From Gammaproteobacteria bacterium (GTDB lineage Bacteria > Pseudomonadota > Gammaproteobacteria > Eutrophobiales > Eutrophobiaceae), in the NCBI GenBank assembly GCA_965601665.1, contig OZ271833.1, forward strand, positions 2,724,376 to 2,788,375: 64,000 bases of DNA. Direction: 5' to 3'. The position numbers and the translations under genes are program-made. The number at the start of each line of letters is the position of its first letter. Within the stretch, counting starts at the first letter, position 1. The notes under the pieces are model-generated. The model saw only the letters and a list, made by a program, of their open reading frames with translations. It was not told the origin of the DNA and searched no databases. Positions 18,711-28,465 of the stretch are shown here, piece by piece.

Positions 18711-19928
18711 ATGTTGAATAAAATTCTGATTTCAGTCTTTTTTTCCGTCTTCGCACTGGGGGTCAGTGCAGATGTAATCAAGATAAATCCGGATCATCCC
18801 GATAAATATGTCGTCGTCAAGGGGGATACTCTCTGGGATATTTCAGCCCGTTTTCTTGAGCAGCCGTGGCGCTGGCCAGAGATCTGGAAGGTCAATCCCC
18901 AAATCGAGAACCCACACCTTATATACCCGGGTGATATGGTCTACCTTACTTATAATGATGGTATGCCGGTATTGAACGTTGACCGTGGTGGTATTGCGGC
19001 AACGGAAAGTCGCACCGTGAAGCTATCTCCCGAGGTGCGTTCCACCCCTCATGCGGAAGCCATACACAGTATTCCGGTTGATGCAATTCAGCAGTTCCTG
19101 ACACGCCCTCTGGTACTTGATGACAATGACCTTGAATATTGGCCATATGTTGTATCGAGTTACGATCAACATCTGATCGCTGCTACCGGTAATACGATTT
19201 ACGTGCGAGGTATCAGCAAAGATGATCAAGAACGTGCCTACTCTATATACAGGAAAGGTGAGGCGTATCTTGATCCTGCAGATAGCGATCAGAAAACCGT
19301 ACTTGGCTACGAGGCCATTTACGTCGGCGATGCCGTGCTTGAGCAAACAGGTGACCCTGCTTCCTTACTGGTTACCGGTGTTGATCGTGAAATTCTGATT
19401 GGCGACAGGCTGGTGCCGCAGTCGAATGAAGATATCAGTGCCGAATTTATTCCCAGAACGAGTTCCCTGGCTGTTGACGGGAAAATTCTGTCAGTTGTTG
19501 ATGGTGTCTCACAGATTGGCCAGTTTCAGATTATCGTTCTCAGTATGGGCGATGAGCAAGGCTTAGAACCAGGTAATGTCGTAGGTATTTATCAAAGTGG
19601 CAAGATAGTCAGGGATATAGTCGGCCCAAACCTGACAATAAGTGATAAAGAAAAATTGGCTGATGCTGATGCATACGAAGCGACAAACCCAAGCGATATC
19701 CAGCGTACGCTGAAAAAAATTACTGAATTTCCGGGCGCCATTGCTGAAAAATTCGATAACGCATTTCCACATTTTGCTAACAAGCAAAGTAAATCAGAGG
19801 ATGTAGAACTGCCTGAAGAATATGTTGGTGTTGCCATGATTTTCCGAACTTATAGTAAAGTCAGTTATGCACTTGTTATGGAGACACAAGGCGCAGTTCA
19901 CGTAATGGATACTGTTAAAAGTATGTAG
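18711..19928 (+). CDS. LysM peptidoglycan-binding protein, TsaP-like (type IV pilus secretin-associated)
   Basis: Signal peptide; LysM YVVVKGDTLWDIS.RFL..PW.WPEIW.VNPQIENPHLIYPGD; divergent from def and upstream of dprA, as for Pseudomonas tsaP. Confidence 0.85.
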   Translation: MLNKILISVFFSVFALGVSADVIKINPDHPDKYVVVKGDTLWDISARFLEQPWRWPEIWKVNPQIENPHLIYPGDMVYLTYNDGMPVLNVDRGGIAATESRTVKLSPEVRSTPHAEAIHSIPVDAIQQFLTRPLVLDDNDLEYWPYVVSSYDQHLIAATGNTIYVRGISKDDQERAYSIYRKGEAYLDPADSDQKTVLGYEAIYVGDAVLEQTGDPASLLVTGVDREILIGDRLVPQSNEDISAEFIPRTSSLAVDGKILSVVDGVSQIGQFQIIVLSMGDEQGLEPGNVVGIYQSGKIVRDIVGPNLTISDKEKLADADAYEATNPSDIQRTLKKITEFPGAIAEKFDNAFPHFANKQSKSEDVELPEEYVGVAMIFRTYSKVSYALVMETQGAVHVMDTVKSM

Positions 19929-19936
19929 ACTATTAT

Positions 19937-19971
19937 ATGTCGCAGGATGCGGCGTAACTGCACAGGAAGTG
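19937..19971 (+). promoter_or_regulatory. Two CsrA/RsmA-type GGA hairpins at the dprA ribosome-binding site
   Basis: ATGTCGCA-GGA-TGCGGCGT and CAC-AGGAA-GTG, the second touching the GAGG SD. Confidence 0.55.
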
Positions 19972-19981
19972 AGGTAATGAT

Positions 19982-21097
19982 ATGGATATCAACCACACGC
20001 ACAGGGATTGGTTAGCCCTGTCAATGGCCCCTGGATTAGGGCCGGTAACATGTCACCAGCTACTGGATTTTTTTTCCAGCCCCCGCAACATATTACGCGC
20101 TGATGATGCTCTGCTCAGGAAAGCGGGTCTGAACCAGGCATGTATCAATTCGCTACGCAAACCTGATCAAGAACAGCTTGATAAAAACCTTGGCTGGTTG
20201 GAAAGAACCGGACATCATTTGATTACACTGGACGATGATGACTACCCGCCTTTGTTGCGTGCTATAGCCGCGGCACCGCCAGTATTGTATGCAACAGGTA
20301 ACAGGTGTGCCCTGCAGGCAGTCCAGTTTTCGATTATTGGCAGTCGCAACCCGACCAGAAGCGGACGCCGGCTTGCCGAGGATTTTGCCAGTCAACTGAG
20401 TCAGGCAGGGTTTTCTATATGCAGTGGGCTTGCACTTGGTATTGATTATCATGCCCATGTTGGCAGCCTTAATGCCTCCGGCATGACGATTGCGGTTCTG
20501 GGCAACGGCCCTGACATTATCTATCCGGCAAGGCATCGAAAGATTGCCGATGAAATCAGGCAAAAGGGCTTGCTATTGACCGAGTTCATGCCCGGAACCC
20601 GGCCCGCGCCCGGAAACTTTCCCCGTCGGAACAGGATTATGAGTGGCTTGAGCACAGGGGTACTGGTGGTTGAGGCCGCAAAAAAGAGTGGTTCGCTGAT
20701 TACCGCAAACTATGCGCTTGAACAGGGCAGGGAAGTATTTTCTATCCCTGGATCTATTTACTCCCCGCTGTCACGTGGCACGCATCATCTTATAAAGCAG
20801 GGAGCAAAACTGGTGGAAAGCCTGGAAGACATCCTTGAAGAACTGGGTTCAACAGTCAACTGGGCACTGGAGACAGGTCACATCGAGAAAGACAGCAGTG
20901 ATGATACTCCAATACTCGATGCAGAACAGGAGCAGTTGCTGGATATCATGGGATATGACTTGATCAGTATTGATGAACTGGTCAAATCTTCAGGATTGAC
21001 GGCGGATGCAGTTTCCTCCATGCTGTTAATATTAGAGCTAGAAGGAATAGTAGAAAGCAGGCACGGAAGCCAGTATATTCGCTGCGCACAGAGATAG
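19982..21097 (+). CDS. dprA: DNA-processing protein DprA (Smf)
   Basis: YPPLL..I...PP.LY; IIGSRNPT; SGLALGID; NFPRRNRI.SGLS; SGSLITA; HLIKQGAKLV; C-terminal winged helix. Confidence 0.95.
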   Translation: MDINHTHRDWLALSMAPGLGPVTCHQLLDFFSSPRNILRADDALLRKAGLNQACINSLRKPDQEQLDKNLGWLERTGHHLITLDDDDYPPLLRAIAAAPPVLYATGNRCALQAVQFSIIGSRNPTRSGRRLAEDFASQLSQAGFSICSGLALGIDYHAHVGSLNASGMTIAVLGNGPDIIYPARHRKIADEIRQKGLLLTEFMPGTRPAPGNFPRRNRIMSGLSTGVLVVEAAKKSGSLITANYALEQGREVFSIPGSIYSPLSRGTHHLIKQGAKLVESLEDILEELGSTVNWALETGHIEKDSSDDTPILDAEQEQLLDIMGYDLISIDELVKSSGLTADAVSSMLLILELEGIVESRHGSQYIRCAQR

Positions 21098-21103
21098 GAG
21101 TTT

Positions 21104-21580
21104 ATGAAAGAATCAGTTCTAGATGTCTTAATTTATCTTTTCGATAACTACGTCGAGGAAGAACTCGAAATTTCTCCTGATCAGGAAGGTCTGAAATCCC
21201 AACTCATACAGGCCGGCTTCGCCGATACGCAGGTGACCAAGGCCATCGATTGGCTGGAGTGTCTGGCATTGAGAAAAGACGAACTCGAAACGGATATGTT
21301 ACGTTCGCGTTCAATAAGAGTGTTTAATGACATCGAAAATGAAAAACTGGATGTAGAATGCAAGGGCTTCCTGCTGTTCCTGGAGCAGTCCGGTGTTATC
21401 GATTCTGATGACAGGGAACTGGTAATAGACCGGGTTATGGCACTGGAAACAGATTTTATCGAATTGCAACAGCTCAAATGGGTCGTGTTAATGGTATTGT
21501 TTAACCGTCCAGGCAAGGAAGCCGCCTTTACGTGGATGGAAGATATACTAATGGACGACATAAATGCTGTTGTTCATTAA
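21104..21580 (+). CDS. smg: Smg (DUF494) protein
   Basis: MKESVLDVLIYLFDNY; GFL.FLEQ; RELVIDRVMAL; LKWVVLMVLFN.PG; follows dprA. Confidence 0.9.
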   Translation: MKESVLDVLIYLFDNYVEEELEISPDQEGLKSQLIQAGFADTQVTKAIDWLECLALRKDELETDMLRSRSIRVFNDIENEKLDVECKGFLLFLEQSGVIDSDDRELVIDRVMALETDFIELQQLKWVVLMVLFNRPGKEAAFTWMEDILMDDINAVVH

Positions 21581-21632
21581 CATCTATATTTAATTCTAGT
21601 TAACTTAATCACTTCAATTATTATTGCTTGTC

Positions 21633-23954
21633 ATGAGTTCAGTAGTTGTTGTCGAATCACCAGCCAAATCCAAGACCCTGGAACGTTACCTGGGTAAAGA
21701 TTACAAGGTACTTGCGTCCTATGGTCATGTGCGCGACTTGCGTGCAAAGTCAGGTGCAGTGGATCCAGATAATGGATTTAGTATGTTATATGAACCAATC
21801 GAGAAGAACAGTAAACATGTCGAAGCTATTGTCAAAGCCTTAAAGAAGGCAGATACGCTTTACCTCGCAACTGACCCTGATCGCGAGGGCGAAGCCATTT
21901 CCTGGCATCTTTATGAATTGCTAAAAGACAAGGGGGCATTGAAGAACAAGGATGTACATCGGGTTGTTTTTCACGAAGTAACGAAGACCGCTATCAAGGA
22001 TGCAATAGAACATCCCAGGGAACTGGCATCAAACCTGATCGATGCACAACAGGCCCGCCGTGCACTCGATTATCTTGTCGGTTTTAACCTTTCGCCACTG
22101 TTATGGAAAAAGGTCCAACCGGGTCTTTCTGCTGGCAGGGTGCAGTCACCGGCGTTACGCATGATCTGCGAGCGTGAAAAAGAAATCGACGAATTCAAGC
22201 CACGAGAATACTGGACGATTGAAGCGGATCTTGAATTCGATAAAAGTAAATTTATTGGCAAGCTTAACCTGTTTGATGATGAAAAACTGAAACAGTTTTC
22301 CATCACCAGTGAAAAACGAGCAGGACAGGTCAGGGAAAAATTACACGCCGCTGCCGACGGCATGCTTACAGTCAGTAAAGTAACGAAGAAACAGCGTAAG
22401 CGACAACCAGCGGCGCCGTTTATTACCTCTACCATGCAACAGGAGGCAGCCAGGAAACTCGGGTTTACAGCTCAACGGACCATGCGCACTGCCCAGCATC
22501 TTTATGAAGGTATTGATATTGGTGATGGTGCTGAAGGCCTGATTACCTATATGCGAACCGACTCGGTAACATTAGCCAAGGAAGCTGTTGAGGAAATGCG
22601 TGGCTTTATCGAACAACGCTATGGTAAGGGCGCACTACCTGCGCAGCCCAGAGAGTTCAAAACCAAATCCAAGAATGCCCAGGAAGCGCACGAGGCAATT
22701 AGACCGACATCCGTAACGCGCGTACCGGCTGACATTAAGAAACACCTTACGGCAGAACAATTCAAACTTTACGAGTTGATCTGGAAGCGGGCGATGGCTT
22801 CACAAATGAAGCATGCAACCATTGATACGGTGGCTGTTGACCTTGGCTGTGGTGAAGGTAATAACTTCAGGGCAAACGGTTCCAGCATTGCTGACCCGGG
22901 CTTCATGGAGGTTTACCTCGAGGGCAAGGATGACGAAAAGAGTTCGGATGACGAAGAAAAGTTGTTGCCGCAGTTAAAAGAAGGCAACGAGGTTACCTTA
23001 CAGGATATCCGTAATGAACAGCACTTTACCGAACCACCACCGCGTTACTCTGAAGCAAGCCTGGTCAAATCTCTGGAAGAGTATGACATCGGCCGACCCT
23101 CAACGTATGCAAGTATCATTTCCACATTGCTAAACCGTGAATACGTGGAACTGGATAGCAAACGATTTTATCCAACTGACAAGGGCAAGATCGTTAATCA
23201 TTTTTTGACTAATCATTTTAATGACTATGTCGATTACGATTTTACCGCCAGGCTTGAAGATGAACTGGATGCCGTGTCACGTGGTGAAAAAGACTGGGTT
23301 CCGTTGATGCAAGCTTTCTGGATGCCCTTTATTGAGCAGGTACAAGACAAGGAAGAAAATGTATCGCGTGCCGAGGTAGCGCAGGCCCGGGTGCTCGGCA
23401 CACACCCCAAATCGGGTAAGGAGGTATCTGTTCGTATTGGTCGTTATGGCCCTTATGCCCAGATTGGTACCAAGGATGACGAGGATAAGCCAAAATTTGC
23501 CGGACTCAGACCAGGCCAGAAACTTGATACGATTACCCTGGAAGAAGCGCTTGAGTTATTCAAATTGCCCCGCGATCTGGGACAAACCGAGGATGGTGAA
23601 GACGTCGCTGCCAGCGTAGGGCGTTTTGGCCCCTACATCCGCTATGGCAGCAAATTCGTCTCATTAAAAAAAGAGGATGACCCTTACACGGTGACACTCG
23701 AACGCGCACTGGAACTGATCGCCGAGAAGAAAAAGGCCGACGCAGAAAAGCAGATCCAGATTTTTGAAGATGAAGGGATCTCGGTGTTGAATGGACGCTA
23801 TGGTCCTTATGTGACGGATGGTAAAAAGAACGCCAAGATTCCAAAGGACACCGAGCCGAAAAGCCTCGATCTGGAAGCATGTAAAGAATTGTTGGCGGCG
23901 GCACCTGCCAGGGGACGTCGGAGCAAGAAAAAACGTGCTCGCAAGGCAGGATAG
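21633..23954 (+). CDS. topA: DNA topoisomerase I with zinc-free C-terminal GR(Y/F)GPY repeats
   Basis: VVVESPAK, SYGHVRDL, LATDPDREGEAI, SAGRVQS, LITYMRTDS (catalytic Tyr), IGRPSTYA; three GR(Y/F)GPY repeats and a basic tail. Confidence 0.95.
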   Translation: MSSVVVVESPAKSKTLERYLGKDYKVLASYGHVRDLRAKSGAVDPDNGFSMLYEPIEKNSKHVEAIVKALKKADTLYLATDPDREGEAISWHLYELLKDKGALKNKDVHRVVFHEVTKTAIKDAIEHPRELASNLIDAQQARRALDYLVGFNLSPLLWKKVQPGLSAGRVQSPALRMICEREKEIDEFKPREYWTIEADLEFDKSKFIGKLNLFDDEKLKQFSITSEKRAGQVREKLHAAADGMLTVSKVTKKQRKRQPAAPFITSTMQQEAARKLGFTAQRTMRTAQHLYEGIDIGDGAEGLITYMRTDSVTLAKEAVEEMRGFIEQRYGKGALPAQPREFKTKSKNAQEAHEAIRPTSVTRVPADIKKHLTAEQFKLYELIWKRAMASQMKHATIDTVAVDLGCGEGNNFRANGSSIADPGFMEVYLEGKDDEKSSDDEEKLLPQLKEGNEVTLQDIRNEQHFTEPPPRYSEASLVKSLEEYDIGRPSTYASIISTLLNREYVELDSKRFYPTDKGKIVNHFLTNHFNDYVDYDFTARLEDELDAVSRGEKDWVPLMQAFWMPFIEQVQDKEENVSRAEVAQARVLGTHPKSGKEVSVRIGRYGPYAQIGTKDDEDKPKFAGLRPGQKLDTITLEEALELFKLPRDLGQTEDGEDVAASVGRFGPYIRYGSKFVSLKKEDDPYTVTLERALELIAEKKKADAEKQIQIFEDEGISVLNGRYGPYVTDGKKNAKIPKDTEPKSLDLEACKELLAAAPARGRRSKKKRARKAG

Positions 23955-24170
23955 CGAGCAAAGGATCGCCCGGCTACAGCCTTTTCTCCCATAAAAATAA
24001 GAAATTCAAACAGTTATCACAAATCAGTGCTATTTGTTGCTCAATTGCGTTAGTTGAAACCCGCAGTATTTAAAGTGTTTGAATAACTGCTCGCTTGCGC
24101 GCGCCAGGCATGCCTGGATATCCAAATAGATTACGCGGCAACATTATTAAAAAAATTTGCCTTTCTGCTC

Positions 24171-24205
24171 TCGACTAGCGCTAAAGCACAAGGTATCCTC
24201 CCGCC
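24171..24205 (+). promoter_or_regulatory. Candidate upstream sigma70 promoter (P1) of the tRNA-tufB operon
   Basis: TCGACT-17 bp-TATCCT-CCCGCC GC-rich discriminator, with an A/T tract upstream resembling an UP element. Confidence 0.45.
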
Positions 24206-24352
24206 AATTCTATACTGGCTATATTGTTAACTAGCGAAACTGCGGTCTTCCGGGTGATTATTTTGTCATTTTCAGAAGACAGATTCGGGCAGGGATGCAC
24301 TGCTGGAAATGTTTGCGAGAAATATAAATTTCTAAATGAGTTCAACGCTTTA

Positions 24353-24388
24353 TTGACAGCTGTCGTTGATTATCCCAAAATGGCCGGC
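24353..24388 (+). promoter_or_regulatory. Candidate sigma70 promoter (P2) directly upstream of tRNA-Tyr
   Basis: TTGACA-17 bp-CAAAAT-GGCCGGC discriminator. Confidence 0.6.
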
Positions 24389-24397
24389 TTGAATTTT

Positions 24398-24482
24398 GGA
24401 GGGGTACCCAAGCGGTCAACGGGGGCAGACTGTAAATCTGTTGGCTCAGCCTTCGTAGGTTCGAATCCTACCCCCTCCACCA
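24398..24482 (+). tRNA. tRNA-Tyr(GTA)
   Basis: GGAGGGG acceptor stem, CT-GTA-AA loop, long variable arm, GGTTCGAATCC, encoded CCA; 85 nt. Confidence 0.97.
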
Positions 24483-24611
24483 GAATCTAGCTTGGCAGAA
24501 TTACAGCGTTATTCGCTATTTGGTCAGTATACATTATATATATAGCCCGCGGGCAATTGTGTTAGTGAGGAGTTGAGTCAGTCGTTTATCAACGGCAGCA
24601 GGGTGATCCAG

Positions 24612-24685
24612 GCGGGTGTAGTTCAATGGTAGAACGTCAGCCTTCCAAGCTGAACACGTGGGTTCGATTCCCATCACCCGCTCCA
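24612..24685 (+). tRNA. tRNA-Gly(TCC)
   Basis: GCGGGTG acceptor stem, CT-TCC-AA loop, GGTTCGATTCC, CCA; 74 nt. Confidence 0.97.
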
Positions 24686-24733
24686 ATTTGCGATTGTACC
24701 GGTAAAATAGGTGCTATAAACGGTTTGAATTTC

Positions 24734-24809
<76 letters not shown>

Positions 24810-24859
24810 TTTATTGTAACTATATGATTGCTATTAATTTTCATTGAGGAGTAGCTTCA

Positions 24860-26050
24860 ATGTCCAAGGAAAAATTTGAAAGAACGAAGCCGCATGTGAA
24901 CGTGGGAACGATCGGCCATGTAGACCATGGGAAGACGACCCTAACGGCGGCGATCACAAAGACGATGTCGGAGAAATTCGGTGGTGAATCGAAGGCCTAT
25001 GATCAGATTGACAACGCGCCTGAAGAGCGCGAGCGCGGCATTACGATTGCAACGGCGCACGTGGAATACGAAAGCGAAGGCCGTCACTATGCGCACGTAG
25101 ACTGCCCGGGACACGCGGACTACGTGAAGAACATGATTACGGGTGCGGCGCAGATGGACGGGGCTATCCTGGTTTGTAGCGCAGCGGATGGCCCGATGCC
25201 GCAGACGCGCGAGCATATTCTGCTGGCGCGCCAGGTAGGTGTACCAAAGATCGTGGTTTATTTGAACAAGGCGGATCAGGTTGACGATGCGGAGCTGTTG
25301 GAACTGGTTGAAATGGAAGTACGTGAGCTGCTGGATTCGTATGAATTCCCGGGCGACGACACGCCGGTAGTCACCGGCTCGGCGCTGAAGGCGATCGAAG
25401 GCGACACCTCTGATATTGGTATTCCGTCGATTGAGAAGCTGGTCGCGGCGATGGACGATTACATTCCGATCCCGGAGCGTCCGGTGGATCAGCCATTTTT
25501 GATGCCGATTGAAGACGTATTCAGTATTTCGGGTCGTGGCACGGTGGTGACGGGTCGTGTAGAGCGCGGCATTGTGAAGGTCGGCGAAGAAATCGAGATT
25601 GTCGGCATCAAGGACACGCAGAAGACGACGTGTACCGGCGTGGAAATGTTCAGGAAGCTGCTGGACGAAGGCCAGGCGGGCGACAACGTGGGTGTGTTGC
25701 TGCGTGGTACGAAGCGTGAGGAAGTGGAGCGTGGCCAGGTGTTGTGTAAGCCGGGCACGATTACGCCGCACACGCATTTTGAAGCCGAGGTGTATGTGCT
25801 GAGCAAGGATGAAGGTGGTCGTCATACGCCGTTCTTCAACAACTACCGTCCGCAGTTCTACTTCCGTACGACAGACGTGACGGGGGCAGTGGAATTGCCT
25901 GATGGAACGGAAATGGTGATGCCGGGCGACAACATCAAGATCACGGTAAAATTGATAGCGCCGATTGCGATGGAAGACGGTCTGCGCTTTGCGATACGAG
26001 AAGGCGGCCGTACCGTGGGTGCGGGTGTGGTCTCTAAAATTATTGAGTGA
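24860..26050 (+). CDS. tufB: Elongation factor Tu (tRNA-linked copy)
   Basis: [25 protein letters not shown]; follows the Tyr-Gly-Thr tRNAs. Confidence 0.98.
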   Translation: MSKEKFERTKPHVNVGTIGHVDHGKTTLTAAITKTMSEKFGGESKAYDQIDNAPEERERGITIATAHVEYESEGRHYAHVDCPGHADYVKNMITGAAQMDGAILVCSAADGPMPQTREHILLARQVGVPKIVVYLNKADQVDDAELLELVEMEVRELLDSYEFPGDDTPVVTGSALKAIEGDTSDIGIPSIEKLVAAMDDYIPIPERPVDQPFLMPIEDVFSISGRGTVVTGRVERGIVKVGEEIEIVGIKDTQKTTCTGVEMFRKLLDEGQAGDNVGVLLRGTKREEVERGQVLCKPGTITPHTHFEAEVYVLSKDEGGRHTPFFNNYRPQFYFRTTDVTGAVELPDGTEMVMPGDNIKITVKLIAPIAMEDGLRFAIREGGRTVGAGVVSKIIE

Positions 26051-26089
26051 TTCTGCTCGATATTCCTGAAAAATTTTGAACTAAGGATT

Positions 26090-26165
26090 AGGCCAGTAGC
26101 TCAATTGGCAGAGCGACGGTCTCCAAAACCGTAGGTTGGGGGTTCGATTCCCTCCTGGCCTGCCA
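26090..26165 (+). tRNA. tRNA-Trp(CCA)
   Basis: AGGCCAG acceptor stem, CT-CCA-AA loop, GGTTCGATTCC, CCA; between tuf and secE. Confidence 0.97.
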
Positions 26166-26204
26166 CTTGGTACTGGACTGAAATCCTGGATTGATTGGAC
26201 AACT

Positions 26205-26582
26205 ATGAGTTCGAATGTAGAAACGGCGGGTGACATGCTGGATACGGTAAAACTGGGATTATCACTACTCATTGCGATTGCCGCACTGGTAGGATTTTAC
26301 TTTTACGCGGATCAGTCACTACTTTACAGGGTTATTGGTTTATTGGCAGCAGCAGGCATTAGTGTTGCCATTGCCTTGCAAACCGACAAAGGTAGACAGA
26401 TATGGGGTTACTTTCATGATGCCCAGATAGAAGTACGTAAGGTCGTTTGGCCTACTCGTCAGGAAACCTTGCAAACCACGCTGATCGTAATACTCATGGT
26501 TGTATTTGTTGCCATCATATTATGGTTGCTCGACATGTTCCTGGGCTGGTCCATTGGTAGTTTAATGGGGCACAGGGGTTAA
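26205..26582 (+). CDS. secE: Preprotein translocase subunit SecE (3-TM form)
   Basis: [13 protein letters not shown] motif; start moved to ATG 26205, downstream of tRNA-Trp. Confidence 0.95.
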   Translation: MSSNVETAGDMLDTVKLGLSLLIAIAALVGFYFYADQSLLYRVIGLLAAAGISVAIALQTDKGRQIWGYFHDAQIEVRKVVWPTRQETLQTTLIVILMVVFVAIILWLLDMFLGWSIGSLMGHRG

Positions 26583-26583
26583 T

Positions 26584-27117
26584 ATGACGCAGCGCTGGTA
26601 TGTAGTTCATGCTTATTCTGGTTTTGAAAACCAGGTTATGCGTTCATTAAAAGAGCGCATTGAACGCAGCGGACTTGAGGAAAAATTTGGTGAGATTCTC
26701 GTTCCCACTGAAGAAGTGGTTGAAATGCGAGATGGCAAAAAACGCAAAAGTGATCGCAAATTTTTTCCGGGCTATGTCCTGGTGAAAATGGAAATGGATG
26801 ATGATACCTGGCACCTGGTAAAGGATGCACCCAAAGTGCTGGGTTTTATCGGCGGCACCAGTGATAGACCGGCACCAATCAGTGACAAGGAAGCCAACGC
26901 TATCTTACAGCGAGTTGAGGAAGGCGTTGATAAGCCAAGACCGAAGGTCTTGTTTGAACCCGGCGAAGTTGTCAGGGTTAAGGATGGACCTTTTACAGAT
27001 TTCAATGGAGTTGTTGAAGAGGTGAATTACGAAAAAAGCCGACTGCGCGTTTCGGTTCTTATTTTTGGACGTTCTACTCCTGTCGAACTTGAATTCGGTC
27101 AGGTAGAGAAAGAATAA
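26584..27117 (+). CDS. nusG: Transcription termination/antitermination factor NusG
   Basis: [24 protein letters not shown] domain [18 protein letters not shown]. Confidence 0.98.
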   Translation: MTQRWYVVHAYSGFENQVMRSLKERIERSGLEEKFGEILVPTEEVVEMRDGKKRKSDRKFFPGYVLVKMEMDDDTWHLVKDAPKVLGFIGGTSDRPAPISDKEANAILQRVEEGVDKPRPKVLFEPGEVVRVKDGPFTDFNGVVEEVNYEKSRLRVSVLIFGRSTPVELEFGQVEKE

Positions 27118-27156
27118 TTTATTATGTGAACGTAGTTCACATGTGTTTGAAATAAC

Positions 27157-27181
27157 GGGGAGCCGCAAGGCGTTTGTACCC
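27157..27181 (+). promoter_or_regulatory. L1-binding autoregulatory leader of rplK-rplA
   Basis: GGGGAGCC-GCAA-GGCGTTTGTACCC resembles the E. coli L11-operon site GGGGAGCC...GGCG...ACCC, immediately before the SD. Confidence 0.7.
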
Positions 27182-27195
27182 AAGGAGTAAGGCTA

Positions 27196-27627
27196 GTGGC
27201 CAAGAAAATTGAAACCTATATCAAGTTACAGGTGCCTGCCGGACAGGCTAACCCAAGTCCACCTGTTGGTCCCGCTTTGGGTCAACACGGATTAAATATT
27301 ATGGAATTCTGCAAGGCATTCAATGCGCAGACCCAGGACATAGAACCAGGCATGCCGGTTCCTGTAGTCATTACCGTATTTAATGACAAAAGCTTTACCT
27401 TTGAAAGCAAGACCACACCTGCTGCTATCCTGTTAAAGAAAGCGGCTGGCATTAAAAGTGGTAGCGGTACCCCTAACAGCAAGAAAGTAGGCAAGGTGAC
27501 TCGTGCACAACTGGAAGAAATTGCCAAAACCAAGGAGCCTGACCTGACCGCGGCTGACCTTGATGCAGCGGTACGAACTATTGCTGGAACGGCCCGAAGC
27601 ATGGGTATCGATACGGAGGGCGTGTAA
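27196..27627 (+). CDS. rplK: 50S ribosomal protein L11
   Basis: [23 protein letters not shown]; GTG start. Confidence 0.98.
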   Translation: MAKKIETYIKLQVPAGQANPSPPVGPALGQHGLNIMEFCKAFNAQTQDIEPGMPVPVVITVFNDKSFTFESKTTPAAILLKKAAGIKSGSGTPNSKKVGKVTRAQLEEIAKTKEPDLTAADLDAAVRTIAGTARSMGIDTEGV

Positions 27628-27629
27628 AT

Positions 27630-28325
27630 ATGGCGAAGCTATCCAAGCGTATACAGGCCTATCGTGAAAAAGTTGAGCCTGGAAAAGTTTATCCAATAAA
27701 GGATGCTTTCAGCATTTTGAAAGAAGTATCTTCAGTTAAATTTGATGAATCTGTTGAAGTAGCCGTTAACCTGGGTGTTGACGCACGTAAATCTGATCAG
27801 CAGGTCAGGGGCTCCACCGTGTTACCTAAAGGTACTGGTAAGACTGTAAGGGTTGCAGTTTTTGCCCAGGGCGAACAGGCCGAGGTAGCAAAGGCAGCAG
27901 GAGCAGATGCAGTGGGCTTTGAAGATTTGGCAGAAACCATGCAGAAAGGTGATATCGACTTCGGTGTCGTTATTGCTACCCCGGACGCCATGCCTATTGT
28001 GGGTAAACTCGGCAAGGTACTTGGCCCACGTGGACTCATGCCTAACCCGAAAGTGGGCACGGTGTCTGCCGACGTCAAGCAGGCTGTAGAAAATGCCAAA
28101 GGTGGTCAGGTTCGCTATCGCACCGACAAGAATGGCATTATCCACTGCGCGATTGGCAAGGTGTCATTTGATGTTGATTCCCTGCTTGAAAACCTGAATT
28201 CATTACTCAGTGATTTAAAGAAAGCCAAGCCCAGTGCGGCAAAAGGCATTTATCTTAAAAAGATCAGTGTCTCTACCACCATGGGTCCAGGCGTGATCAT
28301 TGATCAGGCAAGTTTGTCTGAATAA
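27630..28325 (+). CDS. rplA: 50S ribosomal protein L1
   Basis: [37 protein letters not shown]. Confidence 0.98.
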   Translation: MAKLSKRIQAYREKVEPGKVYPIKDAFSILKEVSSVKFDESVEVAVNLGVDARKSDQQVRGSTVLPKGTGKTVRVAVFAQGEQAEVAKAAGADAVGFEDLAETMQKGDIDFGVVIATPDAMPIVGKLGKVLGPRGLMPNPKVGTVSADVKQAVENAKGGQVRYRTDKNGIIHCAIGKVSFDVDSLLENLNSLLSDLKKAKPSAAKGIYLKKISVSTTMGPGVIIDQASLSE

Positions 28326-28390
28326 GAGATAGAGTCCCAATCCATATTGATTGGGTAGCAAGACTTTGTGACTGGTGAGTAATCACCAGA

Positions 28391-28465
28391 CGTCAAAGAC
28401 CGCAGGTGACATGAATCAATCATGTCTTAATGCTTACCGGGAGGTACGCCTGCGCAGACGGTGTC
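28391..28465 (+). promoter_or_regulatory. L10 (rplJ) leader RNA
   Basis: CGTCAAAGACCGCAGG...TTAA...CCTGCGCAGACGG core typical of the L10-(L12)n-binding leader. Confidence 0.8.

Noticed and set aside
1-21097. MSHA pilus, TsaP and DprA as a single competence system
   Set aside because: tsaP-dprA-smg next to def is conserved core synteny; proximity to the msh locus is not evidence, and no comEA or comEC is present.
24014-24022. TTATCACAA as a DnaA box or origin signal
   Set aside because: Poor match to TTATCCACA, isolated, and no dnaA or gidA context.
24941-25825. 294-aa antisense ORF in tufB, and its twin at 41466-42350
   Set aside because: Shadow frame of a conserved, codon-biased gene; duplicated only because tuf is duplicated; no start signals or recognisable motifs.
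27124-27142. ATGTGAAC-GTA-GTTCACAT as a CRP site
   Set aside because: TGTGA-TCACA spacing is 7 rather than 6; more simply a small hairpin after nusG.
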